From Octopus bimaculoides (taxonomy: Eukaryota): a stretch of 57,208 nt of DNA. The notes under the pieces are model-generated. The model searched no databases, was not told the DNA's origin, and worked only from the letters and a program-made list of their open reading frames with translations. A program made the position numbers and the translations under genes. The stretch covers positions 176,273,959 to 176,331,166 of the forward strand of contig NC_068981.1 in the NCBI RefSeq assembly GCF_001194135.2, read 5' to 3'. Below, piece by piece: positions 12,110-24,297 of this stretch (within the stretch, counting starts at the first letter, position 1; the number at the start of each line of letters is the position of its first letter).

Positions 12110-12425
12110 TTGCACCTAAAAACCATGGTTTCTTCCTAACCCAAACCATGTTTCTCTCCACCCAATCCCATGCTTCTATTTACCTAAAAGAACATTTTTC
12201 TCCACCTAAAATATGTTTCTATTCACCAAAGAAATATTTCTTTCCTTCAAGCATATTTCACTGCACCCAAAAGCATGTTGCTGCTCAACCAAAAGCATAT
12301 TTTTCTTCTCCACCCACAAGCTTGTTTCTCTCCAACGAAAAGCAGGTTTCAACTCTCCCCAAACCATGCTTCCCTCTATCTAAAAGCATGTTTGTATGTG
12401 CCCCCAAAACGTTTCTCTCCAACCT
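12110..12425. repeat. Degenerate ~21-23-bp minisatellite, consensus about AAAAGCATGTTTCTCTCCACC
   Basis: About 14 diverged units counted by eye. Confidence 0.75.
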
Positions 12426-12534
12426 ATGGACGAGGAGGTACAAAATTTTTTTTCAACAATGTATAAATATTGGCATCGAGTTTAAGCACAATGCCAGCAA
12501 TTTCGGAGAAGGGTATCAGTCAATCACATCCACC

Positions 12535-12866
12535 CTAGTGACACTTCGTCGGTTACAGCATTGAGGGTTCCAGTTGATCCAATCAACGGACCAGCCTGTT
12601 CATGAAATTAATGCACATGTGGCTGAGCACTCCACAGACATGTGTACCCTTGACATAGTTCTCAAGGAGATTCACCATGACACAGAGTGTAACAAGATCA
12701 ACCCTTTGAAATACAATACAGGTACTGCTCGTTTTTACTAGCTGAGTGGACTGGAACAATGTGAAATAAAGTGTCTTGCTCAAGGACACGATGCATTGCC
12801 AGGAATTGAACCCACGACCTTATGATTGTGAGGCAAATACTCTAACCACTAAGCCATGTACCTTCA
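12535..12866 (-). mobile_element. SINE family E (tRNA head, CORE-like centre)
   Basis: Homologous to 53722-54047; reverse complement reads tggcttagtggttagag..ggttcaattcc..gtgtccttgagcaagacactttatttcac..ccagtccactcagct. Confidence 0.85.
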
Positions 12867-12883
12867 GGGTTAATAAAACTGAT

Positions 12884-13122
12884 GTTTCTTATTTCTTTAT
12901 TGCCCACGTGGGGCTAACCATAGAAGGGACAAACAAGGACAGACAAACGGATTAAGTCAATTATATCGACCCCAGTGCACAACTGGTACTTAATTTATTG
13001 ACCCCAAAAGGATGAAAGGCAAAGTCAACCTTGGCGGAATTTGAACTCAGAACGTAACGGCAGACAAAATACCGCTAAGCTTTTCGCCTGGTGTGCTAAC
13101 GTTTCTGCCAGCTCACTGCCTT
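12884..13122 (-). mobile_element. SINE family C
   Basis: Homologous to 5719-5958 and 44797-45030. Confidence 0.85.
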
Positions 13123-13123
13123 C

Positions 13124-13155
<32 letters not shown>

Positions 13156-14288
13156 CATTATTACCACCACCACCATCAAGATCACATGCACACTCAAAAT
13201 CTTGAAGATTTTGACTGATGCCAACCTGTTGGCCAGTTGGGCAGACAAAAATTTCCTCATGAACAAGAGACCAGTCATCACAATGTTGTCCATTTGCAAC
13301 TGAGTGGGTCCAAGCAAAAGGAAATGAAGTGTTTTGCTCAAGAGCACAATGCGCCACACAGTCTGGGAATTGAAACCACAATCGTGTGATCGTGATGGCA
13401 ACAACCTTCCCACTAGGTTATATGCCTTCATCAGGCATGCCTCTGTGTGTGTGCGTGTGTGTGTGTGTGTGTGTTTGTGTCAGTATCTGCATCTGTATGT
13501 GTGTATGTTATGCACACGCAAAATTAAGCTTTACTGCTCACACTAATACACACAGCAACGAAATATTCTCCATTCAAACAAGACATTGTTTTCGTTTGGA
13601 CACTACTATTTAAAATGGTTTCCTAACTAGAATCTACAAACCAACAAAACAATACAATAAATGTTTTGCACTCATTCACCTCATAGCTACTCATCATGAA
13701 GATATTATTGCAGCTTGCTAAGAAATATGTCTTGCTCGTTATGAATTCACTGAATCCATCCAGGTTAGCCAGTCTATTCTGCTAGAGAATATATCAATAT
13801 AAACTGCTTCACAATAAACAAATTAGATTAACAATAGCATAACTAATAATTCTCCAGCAATTCTTTGCCCCACTCCTTGAGTTTTTTTTTTTGGTTTGTT
13901 GTGTTTTTTGGGGGTTTTTTTTGGTTTTTGCTGCTTTTGGTTTCTTGTTTCCTAAGAACTAACTAATGGACAACTAGTAAATCAGACTGACAGACAAACA
14001 ATTAGATGGACAGAAATAGAGATGGATGGGAAGAAATAAAGCAAGGAAGGAAGGAAGGAGGCTGATAGAGAAAAAGAGAGAAAATAATAATAAATAAATC
14101 GAGTAAAAATAAAGAGAAAAATAGGAAGAAAAACAAAAATCAGAAAAGGATATAAAAAAAAAAAACTAGAAAAAGGAAAAGGAATGTGGTTGACCAAAAC
14201 ACATTTAACCCTGTTGTTGAGTTCAAATCTGGGTTTTTCTGTGAGGATATTTAACATCAGATATGGAGTTCATTCATTTCAGTTTATC

Positions 14289-14452
14289 CTAGGCATGGCT
14301 GTGTGGTTGAGAAGCTTGTTTTGCAGCCCTATGATTCCAGGTTCAGTCCCACCACACAGCATCTTGGACATGTCTTTTATACTTTTATAGCCTTCTACTG
14401 ACCAATGCCTTACGAGTGAATTCGGTAGACAGAAACTGTGTGGAAACTCATC
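14289..14452 (+). mobile_element. SINE family A, 5' half
   Basis: ggcatggctgtgtggttgagaagc..ggttcagtccc..acagaaactg. Confidence 0.8.
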
Positions 14453-14564
14453 ATGGTGATGAGTGTGTGTGTCTGTGTGTGTGTGTGAGTGTGCGTGATA
14501 TTTATATATGTATGCATATGCGTGTCGAAAGTTGAGCCCCAGGGAGGCAAAGCAGCCAAATTCC

Positions 14565-14830
14565 CATTGAACATTGGGCCTCACGGAGCCAAAGTGGCTG
14601 AGTTCCTTTCGAGTGTTGGGCTTCACAGAGGCAATGACCGAGACCTTTAGCATTATGCCATGCTTGAGATGAGGACCCATCAAGCCGAACAAAATCAGTT
14701 GGGCAGTTTGACCAGGGCTGGCAAACTGGAAGGCTGCACCAGACTCCAGTCTGAATTGGTATGGTTTTCTCTGGCTAGATGCCCCCACTAATGCCCACCA
14801 CTCCAAGAGTGTAATGGGTGCTTTTACATG
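14565..14830. mobile_element. RTE LINE 3'-UTR fragments in opposite orientations
   Basis: 14565-14695(+) is homologous to the reverse complement of 7040-7150; 14710-14830 matches the minus-strand tail at 6850-6960. Confidence 0.7.
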
Positions 14831-15334
14831 CCATTGGCCCTATGTATATGTATGTATATATGCATATATATATATATATATATATACACGCGTACATACA
14901 TGAATANNNNNNNNNNNNNNNNNNNNNNNNNNNNNNNNNNNNNNNNNNNNNNNNNNNNNNNNNNNNNNNNNNNNNNNNNNNNNNNNNNNNNNNNNNNNNN
15001 NNNNNNNNNNNNNNNNNNNNNNNNNNNNNNNNNNNNNNNNNNNNNNNNNNNNNNNNNNNNNNNNNNNNNNNNNNNNNNNNNNNNNNNNNNNNNNNNNNNN
15101 NNNNNNNNNNNNNNTATATATATATCTTTATATAAGGATCATATATATAAAGACCATGTATATTGTGTGTGTGTGTGTGTTATAGGTAGTTAGGGTAAAT
15201 CCCAACTGTTTCCTTTTGAAGCACATCTGCTTATTCTGATATTGCAATCCAATATGTATCCATAGTTACTGCTGTATGTTAATCATAATACATATTAAAA
15301 TTGAGAATTATGGAAATATTATTTGTAGAGTTCT

Positions 15335-15625
15335 TGTATAGAAAAACAAGAAAATGGAATTTTTTTTGTATTATTTATTCTCCATTACACATGTTTCATT
15401 TGCTAATAGAAATTACAAATTAGATAGACATGTAAAGAATTTCCTACTAGAAATTTGTCTAACAATTATATTCTTTTTCTCCGTCTGATGGATTTTTTAA
15501 TAGGAAATTCTTTACATGTCTATCTAACATGCCAATCCTTGTAATTCCTATTAGCAAATGAAACATGTGTAATGGAGTATAAATAATACCAAATATTTTC
15601 GCTTTCCTGTTTTGTTTTATATACA
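15335..15625. mobile_element. Foldback/MITE-like inverted repeat
   Basis: 15368-15453 (..tccattacacatgtttcatttgctaatag..tagatagacatgtaaagaatttccta) is the reverse complement of 15494-15590, apart from an ~10-nt insertion and a few mismatches; weaker similarity extends outward. Confidence 0.75.
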
Positions 15626-17017
15626 TATGTATGTATGTAAGTATGTATGGTATTTGTCTGTGTTTATCCACCCCCTCACTTGACAACTGAAGCTGGTTTT
15701 GTTTTGTCTCTATAACTAAGCAATTTGGCCAAGGAAATCAATAGAATAGGTATGAGGCTTTAAAAAAAAATAAGTCAATTTGTTCAACTATACCCTTCAA
15801 GGTGGTGCCCCAGCATGGCTGCAGTCTAATGGCTGAAACAAATAAAAGATTAAAGACATGGACAACTGACCTTATGACTATGAGAGATCAAGCCATGCTG
15901 AAGTTATTGCATTGTAATGTGCTTCTTTAGCCAACCTATATTTGAATACCAAAAGCTATATCCCTCTCCTAGCACCAATCTGTTTAAGTGCTCTCGTTAA
16001 TGCCAGTCCTACTTCATAGTTGAGTGGTTAGAGGTAGCGTAAAGCATCCAGCCGTAAAAGTGTTTTGTTCCAAAAATATGTAACTGTCCACAGTTTTGCC
16101 ATAAAGTAAACAACATCATGCCGCTCTTGTGTTTGACAAGAGCGAGATCAATGGGAAACAGCAAAATGAAGTTACGTTTCTGTGTTGCACTTGTTTGGCA
16201 AGTGACTTCATCCGAATGTGCATGTGTTTGTGTACGTGTATGCATGTATGTGAGTGCATGCATGTGTATGTATGCATATTGGAACTAAAACAAGTGCACT
16301 ATGGGTTGTTTTGTAAAGCATTAGAACTTTCATAATATTCGATTATATTCCATATTTATTTTAATGTTATTTTGTAGGTAATCTTCCTGCATCGGTACAT
16401 AAGATGGCAATAAAAGGGAAAGGCTGACAAGTGTGAAAGAAAATTGATGTTTACTAATAATAATAATAATAATAATAATAACAATAATGGTTTTAAACGT
16501 TGGTACAAGTCTAGTAATTTCAAGAGAGGTAGTAAGTCAACTACATCAACGCCAGTACTCAACTGGTACTTATTACATCAGTTCTGAAAGGAAACACTAA
16601 TTTAAGGGGATGTAAACAAACCAGTACTTGTTGTTAAGTAGTGGTGGAATAAACACACACACACACACATACAGATATGAGTGTGTGTGCGTGTATGTTT
16701 GTATGTATGTGTATGTATGTATATATACATATATACACACACACACACATATGTGTGTGTTTGTGTGCATATATATATGTATGTGTGTGTGTGTATGTAT
16801 GTATATATATATATATGAATGTGTATATACATATAGATACACACACACGCACATATATGTGTGTGTTTGTGTATATATATGTGTGTGTGTGTGTGTGTAT
16901 GTATGTATATATACATATAGATACACATACACACACACACACATATATGTGTGTGTGTATGTATATATGTGTGTGTGTGTATATATGTGTGTGTGTGTAT
17001 ATATGTGTGTGTGTGTA

Positions 17018-17048
<31 letters not shown>

Positions 17049-17156
17049 GTAAGGAAAATATTAAGGTATAAACGATGGGGAAATATGATGAAATTTATTC
17101 AACAATAAACGTCAAAATATCCTGACAAATTTGTTTCAGTAGTCCCAAAACATGTA

Positions 17157-17397
17157 CAGTAATCCCTCGAATATCGCGGGAGTTACGTTCCAAACCCCAC
17201 TGCAATAGCTGAAAATCCACAAAGTAGAAACAGTACTGTACCATATATTTTTTTATTATTATTGTTATTATAATTTGTATATATTTATTTTATTATAACT
17301 GCAAAACAACACCACAAAGGAATCAACATAAGCTTAAATAATAAACCACGATAGGTGAACCACAATAGGTGAACCATGATATGGTAAGGGGTTACTG
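17157..17397. mobile_element. Tc1/mariner/pogo-type MITE
   Basis: TA|CAGTAATCCCTCGAATATCGCGG ... CCATGATATGGTAAGGGGTTACTG|TA: imperfect TIRs starting CAGT, TA target duplication. Confidence 0.85.
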
Positions 17398-18028
17398 TAA
17401 ATAGCTCATATTATTCTATTATTCTATTTTACATGCTTTGGGACTGCTGAAGCAAATTTGTCATGATATTTTGATGTTTATTGTTAAATAAAGTTCATCA
17501 TAATATATCTCCATCATTTATATCTTTATATTCTCCTTATTCTTTTCTCATGTATATTACTATATACTCTAAATAGTTTGTGCTATGACAAACTAAGAAG
17601 CTCTTTTACGAGTACTGCTGAATTGCTTGAATCCATATACCATGACGTTATATATATATATATATATAGGGAGAATTCACAAAAAAACAAAAGACAAAGA
17701 CAGGTGGTGTAGAAAACAAACAGATGTATTAGTATAACACTCGGGAATTAAAAAAAGTCTTTAACGTTTCGNNNNNNNNNNNNNNNNTTATATCTTTATA
17801 TTCTCCTTATTCTTTTCTCATGTATATTACTATATACTCTAAATAGTTTGTGCTATGACAAACTAAGAAGCTCTTTTACGAGTACTGCTGAATTGCTTGA
17901 ATCCATATACCATGACGTTATATATATATATATATATAGGGAGAATTCACAAAAAAACAAAAGACAAAGACAGGTGGTGTAGAAAACAAACAGATGTATT
18001 AGTATAACACTCGGGAATTTAAAAAAGT

Positions 18029-18064
18029 CTTTAACGTTTCGAGCCTACGCTCTTCCACAGGAAG
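18029..18064 (-). ncRNA. Degenerate minimal hammerhead ribozyme
   Basis: Minus strand CTTC-CTGTGGA-A-GAGC gtag GCTC-GAAA-CG-TT^-AAAG: intact stem II, palindromic ACGT stem III, core A6 changed to T, one stem I mismatch. Confidence 0.7.
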
Positions 18065-18330
18065 GAACACAGAAAGAAACAAGCAGAGAAAAAAAATATG
18101 TGTAGTGGTTAGCGATCTATCAAGCGAGACAGTTTTCCAGAATGGAGGCAAACACTTTTCTCCATGTGATTGACTTGAAAAATTATTAAGATACTAGGAT
18201 ACTTTCCTACTTTGCTTAACATGAAACCAATGGTAGCCTTAATTCACAAATAAAGAAATTCTGTATCCACCGATGCAGTGCTGAGCACTCATTTCATTGT
18301 TCGACATTTACATATATATGTATGTATTTT

Positions 18331-18697
18331 TATTCTTTTATTTGTTTCAGTCATTTGACTGCGACCATGTTAGAGCATTGCCTTTAGTCGAACAAATTGA
18401 CTCCAGGACACATTTTTTGTAAGCCTAGTACTTATTCTATCGGTCTATTTTGTCGAACCACTATGTTACAGGGATGTAAACACACCAGCATCGGTTGTCA
18501 AGAGATGTTGCGGGGACAAACACACACATATATATATATACGATGGGCTTCTTTGAATTTCTGTCTACCAAATTCACTCACAAGACTTTGGTTGGCTCGA
18601 GGTTATAGTAGAAGACACTTGCGCAAGATACTACACAGTGGGACTGAACCCAAAGTCATGAGGTCAGTAAGCAAGCTACTTACCACACAACCACTCC
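18331..18697 (-). mobile_element. SINE family A, near full length
   Basis: Head, central (TA/CA)n and 3' part all present. Confidence 0.9.
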
Positions 18698-18885
18698 TTA
18701 TTACCATGCATAAATGCCTCACACTAGGAGGGACTCTTCAAGTCAAAAAGTCAAAATAAACACATATATTTATATTTATAGGGAATAACTAATAAATATT
18801 TCCCTTATGAGGTTTTTCATGCTACCTACTTGATAAATACTTACAAAGATTTTATCCTGTATTTAAATTATATATATATATATAT

Positions 18886-19063
18886 ATTAGAAAAAATAAT
18901 AAGGTACTCAGATATCTGGATGGTTGTACATTTACAGATTTTTATTAATATGTCACATGTTTTTATAAATTAGTGCTTGCGTCTATTCTAGTAGATTCTC
19001 CAGATTCTCCAAATCTGTAAATGTACAACCATCCAGATATCTGAGTACCTTATTTTTTCTAAT
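18886..19063. repeat. Near-perfect ~55-bp inverted repeat with ~70-bp spacer
   Basis: attagaaaaaata(ata)aggtactcagatatctggatggttgtacatttacagattt (18886-18941) versus its reverse complement at 19011-19063. Confidence 0.85.
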
Positions 19064-19097
19064 TTATAATTCCTGTACATCACCTCCAAACTTTCTA

Positions 19098-19133
<36 letters not shown>

Positions 19134-19134
19134 G

Positions 19135-19368
19135 TGGCACATAAAAGACACCATTTCGAGCGTGGCCGTTTTCGTGCGGGTGACACGTAAAAGCACCCAC
19201 TACACTCTCTGAGTGGTTGGCGTTAGGAAGGACATCCAGCTGTAGAAACTCTGCCAAATTAGATTGGAGCCTGGTGTTGCCATCCGGTTTCACCAGTCCT
19301 CAGTCAAATCGTCCAACCCATGCTAGCATGGAAAGCGGACGTTAAACGATGATGATGATGATGATGAT
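19135..19368 (+). mobile_element. SINE family B
   Basis: tggttggcgttaggaaggacatccagctgtagaaac..ccaacccatgctagcatggaaagcggacgttaaacgatgatgat. Confidence 0.9.
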
Positions 19369-20531
19369 ATACAACAGGCTTCTTTCAGTTTGCATCTTCT
19401 AAATCTACTCTCAAGGCTTTGATAGGCATGATGGGGTTATAGTAGGAGACACTTGTCTAGCATGATCCCAACACAACACGGTTGGGAAGCAAAATTCTTA
19501 CCTACACAGCCACACCTGCGCCTTTGTTTATGTTAGAAATTCCTAAAAATGATGACTTAGCAGAACCATTAGAGAATCAGACAAAATGCTTTACAGTATT
19601 TTGTTACTTATTTCTATATCCTGAGTTCAAATCCCATTAGAATGAACTTAATTTTCCATCCTTCTGGCAGTTGATAAAATCAAGTATCAGTCAAGCATTT
19701 TGCATGATTTATCCGAATGTGCCCTCCTCCAAAATTTGTGTGGCTCAGTGCCAATTATTTCTGTTGTCATTGTTGTTGTTATTGTTGGTGGTGGTGTTTT
19801 TGTTGCTAATCTGATGCTAGTTTATTTGGACATGTAACCTGTTTAGACAGGAAACTTTAGGTGAATGAGGGAGGAAAATGAAACCAGAATAAATCAGGCT
19901 AATTTTAGATGTTTATTGTTTCCTAAATCCTTAGCTTCTCTGTTTTCTGTGTAACCGAGTAAGTAGTGGAACCAGGAGAAACAGAGAGAGAGAAAGAGAG
20001 ATAAGAGAGAGAGATATACAAGAGAGAGAGAGAGTGGGGGGGGAAAGAGAGACAAGTTGATTTAAAACTCCCAGTCTTATCATCAAAAAGAAAGTATTAT
20101 GTGGGATTTCAGAAAGATGGAGAAAAGAGTTTGCAGAAGAAATAAACAACGTTGAAGAAACGTTCAGTCTGTCAGTGATAGTTATCAGTAACACTGAATG
20201 AATGGGAAGATCATCCTATTACTTCGCTTCGGGTATCAGCATCTGCCCAACCCGACATTCCACTGATGCATTTGAGAGAACAAAACTATTGGTATGTGAT
20301 CCCTGAATACTAACTAACTGACTAACGAACGAAACGAACGAAATGTTCGTTCGTTTCTGATGTGGCTATATTTTTTTTTACAGTGTTTTTTTTTTTTTTT
20401 TTNNNNNNNNNNNNNNNNNNNNNNNNNNTTTTTTTTTTTTTTTTTTGTATTTCTCTTCTTTTTTTTTGGCAAGGAACCAGCAAGCAAACAGGTGCATTTA
20501 CAGTAATTCTATGGTTTACTTCCATACTAGT

Positions 20532-20590
20532 ACTTACCTAAAAATAAAGAAAACAAAAGTAAAAAAGAAAAACAAAGAGCAAAGGAAGGA
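20532..20590 (-). promoter_or_regulatory. Strong 3' splice acceptor directly followed by a 5' donor consensus (candidate recursive splice site, or an exon starting GTAAGT)
   Basis: Minus strand tccttcctttgctctttgtttttcttttttacttttgttttctttatttttAG|GTAAGT: ~50-nt AG-free pyrimidine tract. Confidence 0.45.
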
Positions 20591-20937
20591 CATGCCACCC
20601 CACCCCTTTTAATATGCTGCAAAGAATTTCACAATAGTGTTTGGGATTACATATTCTTGTACCATCTCTCTCTCTCTCTCTTTCTCTCTCTCTTGCTTGT
20701 TTCCCTAGTAAGGGATGTCATATTCCTCACATCTCTTTCTAGCTTATCCGGTCCAAGTTGGTTATAATAACATTACAGATTGCTAAACATAACACACCAA
20801 AATGAAAAGAAAAAGCCCAATAAAATAGCTGTGCTGAGGAGAAATTCTAAACCATCAAGCTGTTGTTGTCATTATTGTTGTTATTTAAATCCTGGTAAAA
20901 TCTCCCCAACCTACTCTAATTCCCTTTTTCCCCTTCA

Positions 20938-20986
<49 letters not shown>

Positions 20987-22610
20987 TTTCTCTCTCTCGT
21001 TGCTCACATGTGACCATCGTCCATCTTTCTTTTCCTGCACGACATTCTAAGGACTGGACGTTTTCTATCTTTTCTCTTTCCAAAGAAAATATTTTTCCCG
21101 GTATTCACTATTTTCCTCTTGTTCTAGTCTAACAACCCTCCATATTTGTTTTCATTCAGTTTCCTTGTATGTCTCCTCTGACCTGTTTTTCTTCCCAGCT
21201 TTGACCCTCCATAAACCCAAAATTTTATTTTGGAATTTATGGAAGCAACTATCTTTGTAGACTCATATTGTCATTGAATGCTCGAAATGAGGAGTAGATA
21301 GACAGCTGACAACTGATGAAGGGTCGTTCTTTGTGTTACTTGTCCCATTTTCCATTTTTTTCCTCTCATTGTTTGCATATTTAACTTGTTTGTTTTCATA
21401 CTTCATGCTGTTTACATAGTTGGTGAAGTCCTGTACCCATATATGCACATATATTTGTTTTTACATGATTGAACGCAGCGTCTCACAAAAATTGTAAGTA
21501 GTTTTCGTAAACTTATCCTCCGACGCTACTCTATCTCTTTCTCTTTCTCTTTCCTTTCTCCCCCCCCCCTCGTTCTTCCTTTGTACTACTACGTATCTCG
21601 CCTTACCCCTCTTGTTCTTCCTCTGTTACTACTACGTATCTCCTTTTCCNNNNNNNNNNNNNNNNNNNNNNNNNNNNNNNNNNNNNNNNNNNNNNNNNNN
21701 NNNNNNNNNNNNNNNNNNNNNNNNNNNNNNNNNNNNNNNNNNNNNNNNNNNNNNNNNNNNNNNNNNNNNNNNNNNNNNNNNNNNNNNNNNNNNNNNNNNN
21801 NNNNNNNNNNNNNNNNNNNNNNNNNNNNNNNNNNNNNNNNNNNNNNNNNNNNNNNNNNNNNNNNNNNNNNNNNNNNNNNNNNNNNNNNNNNNNNNNNNNN
21901 NNNNNNNNNNNNNNNNNNNNNNNNNNNNNNNNNNNNNNNNNNNNNNNNNNNNNNNNNNNNNNNNNNNNNNNNNNNNNNNNNNNNNNNNNNNNNNNNNNNN
22001 NNNNNNNNNNNNNNNNNNNNNNNNNNNNNNNNNNNNNNNNNNNNNNNNNNNNNNNNNNNNNNNNNNNNNNNNNNNNNNNNNNNNNNNNNNNNNNNNNNNN
22101 NNNNNNNNNNNNNNNNNNNNNNNNNNNNNNNNNNNNNNNNNNNNNNNNNNNNNNNNNNNNNNNNNNNNNNNNNNNNNNNNNNNNNNNNNNNNNNNNNNNN
22201 NNNNNNNNNNNNNNNNNNNNNNNNNNNNNNNNNNNNNNNNNNNNNNNNNNNNNNNNNNNNNNNNNNNNNNNNNNNNNNNNNNNNNNNNNNNNNNNNNNNN
22301 NNNNNNNNNNNNNNNNNNNNNNNNNNNNNNNNNNNNNNNNNNNNNNATATATATATATATATATATAAACAAAAGTAAATGAGTATATACACACACATAT
22401 ATGTGATGAGTCTCCTTCAGTTTCCACCTACCAAATCCATTCACAAGGCTTTGGTCAATCCAAGACACTTGCCCAAGGTGCCATGTATAGAGACTGAACC
22501 AGAACCATGTGGTTGGGAAGCTAGCTTCTTACCACACAGTCATACATATATACTTTTTTCTATCTCACTGATTATCCTTATTTCTCACACCCACTATATC
22601 CTTTTCTTTT

Positions 22611-22646
22611 TCTTCTGATGAAGGACTAATGTGCAAAATGTTAAGA
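22611..22646 (+). ncRNA. Degenerate minimal hammerhead ribozyme
   Basis: TCTT-CTGATGA-A-GGAC taat GTGC-AAAA-TG-TT^-AAGA: perfect 4-bp stem I and first core strand; GAAA to AAAA and CG to TG changes. Confidence 0.6.
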
Positions 22647-23579
22647 CTTTTTCTCTTTCCTTTATAGTATTAAGCTAATAGCTTATTTATTAAAACCTTA
22701 TTTGTAAAACATTCTTTTTCAGTTGTCCTTTTTTATTGTTCATAGCATTTACAATACGAATGAATGTGTGTGTATTTTTGTGTGTGTGTGTAGATATATA
22801 TTACATACATATAATATTATATACATTTTACTACTGCTGTTTTGCACTCTCGTGTTTTACTATATTTCATAAATAACAGGAATTAAATTATCTTTATTTT
22901 CTTCTAGGCTACAATGTCACATTCTTTTAGTTAGTCCAAAATGAATTCTATGACAGTAAATAAATAAATGAATGAAAATAAATAAATAAATATCAAGCCC
23001 TAAAGTATTATAAAAAATATTTATAAAAATAAATCAAAGCAAAAATTTGAGCAAAATTAATCTTTATGTTCATCAAGATGTTCTTAAAAACACATACATG
23101 AAACAAATGACAAAACAACAACAAAAAAATAATATGAAATATTTCCTTTTCCTTAAATTTACTTGATGTACTATCACATAATTATAAGAGGTCACGAGGT
23201 TGGATGACCTCTCAGCTATACATATACATTTTTTCAATTTTTGTGAATTATGATGCTTGGGCTATTGAAAGATCTTCATCTCAGATGTTTTATATATTTA
23301 GTAATTTAGTTTGTTTGTTCGTTTTTTTGTTTTTTTAGTTTTCTCTTTTAACAGGTTTCTTAGGATTGAAATAATGTAAAAAAAACCCAAAAAAAAACGG
23401 AAATTTAAATTTTACTTCTAACATATATAGTTCTGAAAGATGGAAGAGCCAATGAAAGAGCCCTTACATAGTCAACTGACATGCTAGAAATAGCAACTAG
23501 ATCTACCAGAAATCACACTTTTACTGCCTTTAATAATGGTTTGAAATTTTTCGCATAGGACAGGTAGGTTTTTGAGAGG

Positions 23580-23755
23580 AGGGGGAAGTTGATTACATTG
23601 ACTCTAGTAGTTGACTGCTACTTATTTTATAGACTCTGAAGGGGTGAAAGGCAAAGTCAGCCTCTCTGGAATTTGAACTCAGTACATAAAGACAGAAGAA
23701 ATTCTGCTAAGCATTTCGTACAATGCCCAAATGATTCTGCCAGCTCACTGCTGTT
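23580..23755 (-). mobile_element. SINE family C, degenerate
   Basis: gtacttattt..aaaggcaaagtcagcc..ggaatttgaactcag..ctgccagctc. Confidence 0.7.
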
Positions 23756-23801
23756 ACTGCTTTTAATAATAATAATAATAATAATAATAGTAATAATAAT
23801 A

Positions 23802-23836
<35 letters not shown>

Positions 23837-24015
23837 CATTATTATTCAGTAGTTTTATTTTTATAGTGTGCTTTCACTTCATTACCGAGCGCAGCTCTGT
23901 GCGCCTTGGGTATGTGCTGTGGTTTACTGTGATGCTCTTATGGTTACTGTATTGAAAGTGTTTTGCGTAGGATGTGTGCAGTGCCCAGTAGTGCAATTTT
24001 CTATATGTTATATAT
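23837..24015 (-). mobile_element. R4/Dong-type RLE non-LTR retrotransposon 3' end
   Basis: Minus translation NI*KIALLGTAHILRKTLSIQ*, the LLGTAxILRKxL C-terminus typical of R4-clade elements, then a short UTR ending in a TAA/TTA tract. Confidence 0.75.
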
Positions 24016-24297
24016 ATTTGTAAGTCCTGGTGTTTTTGTTACGTATTTGTTTGAATATTTTTTTTATTATACCTAAGTCACCTACTATGATAGGAATTGT
24101 TTCTGTTTTTAGATTCCACATTCGAGTTACCTCTATTTCCAGGTCTTTGTATTTTGAAAGTTTGTCCATTTCTTTTATTTATTATTATTGTTGTTGTTGT
24201 TGTTGTTATCATTATTACTGTTATTATTGTTATTAGTATAATGATAATAATGCCCTGATGCAATGCCAGGCAGTGGCTCCCATGGCTTCTGATCTTA

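Noticed and set aside
21275-21330. Possible permuted hammerhead (gctcGAAA..CTGATGAaggg)
   Set aside because: Both half-cores are present, but I could not build stems I and III or a UH cleavage site between them.
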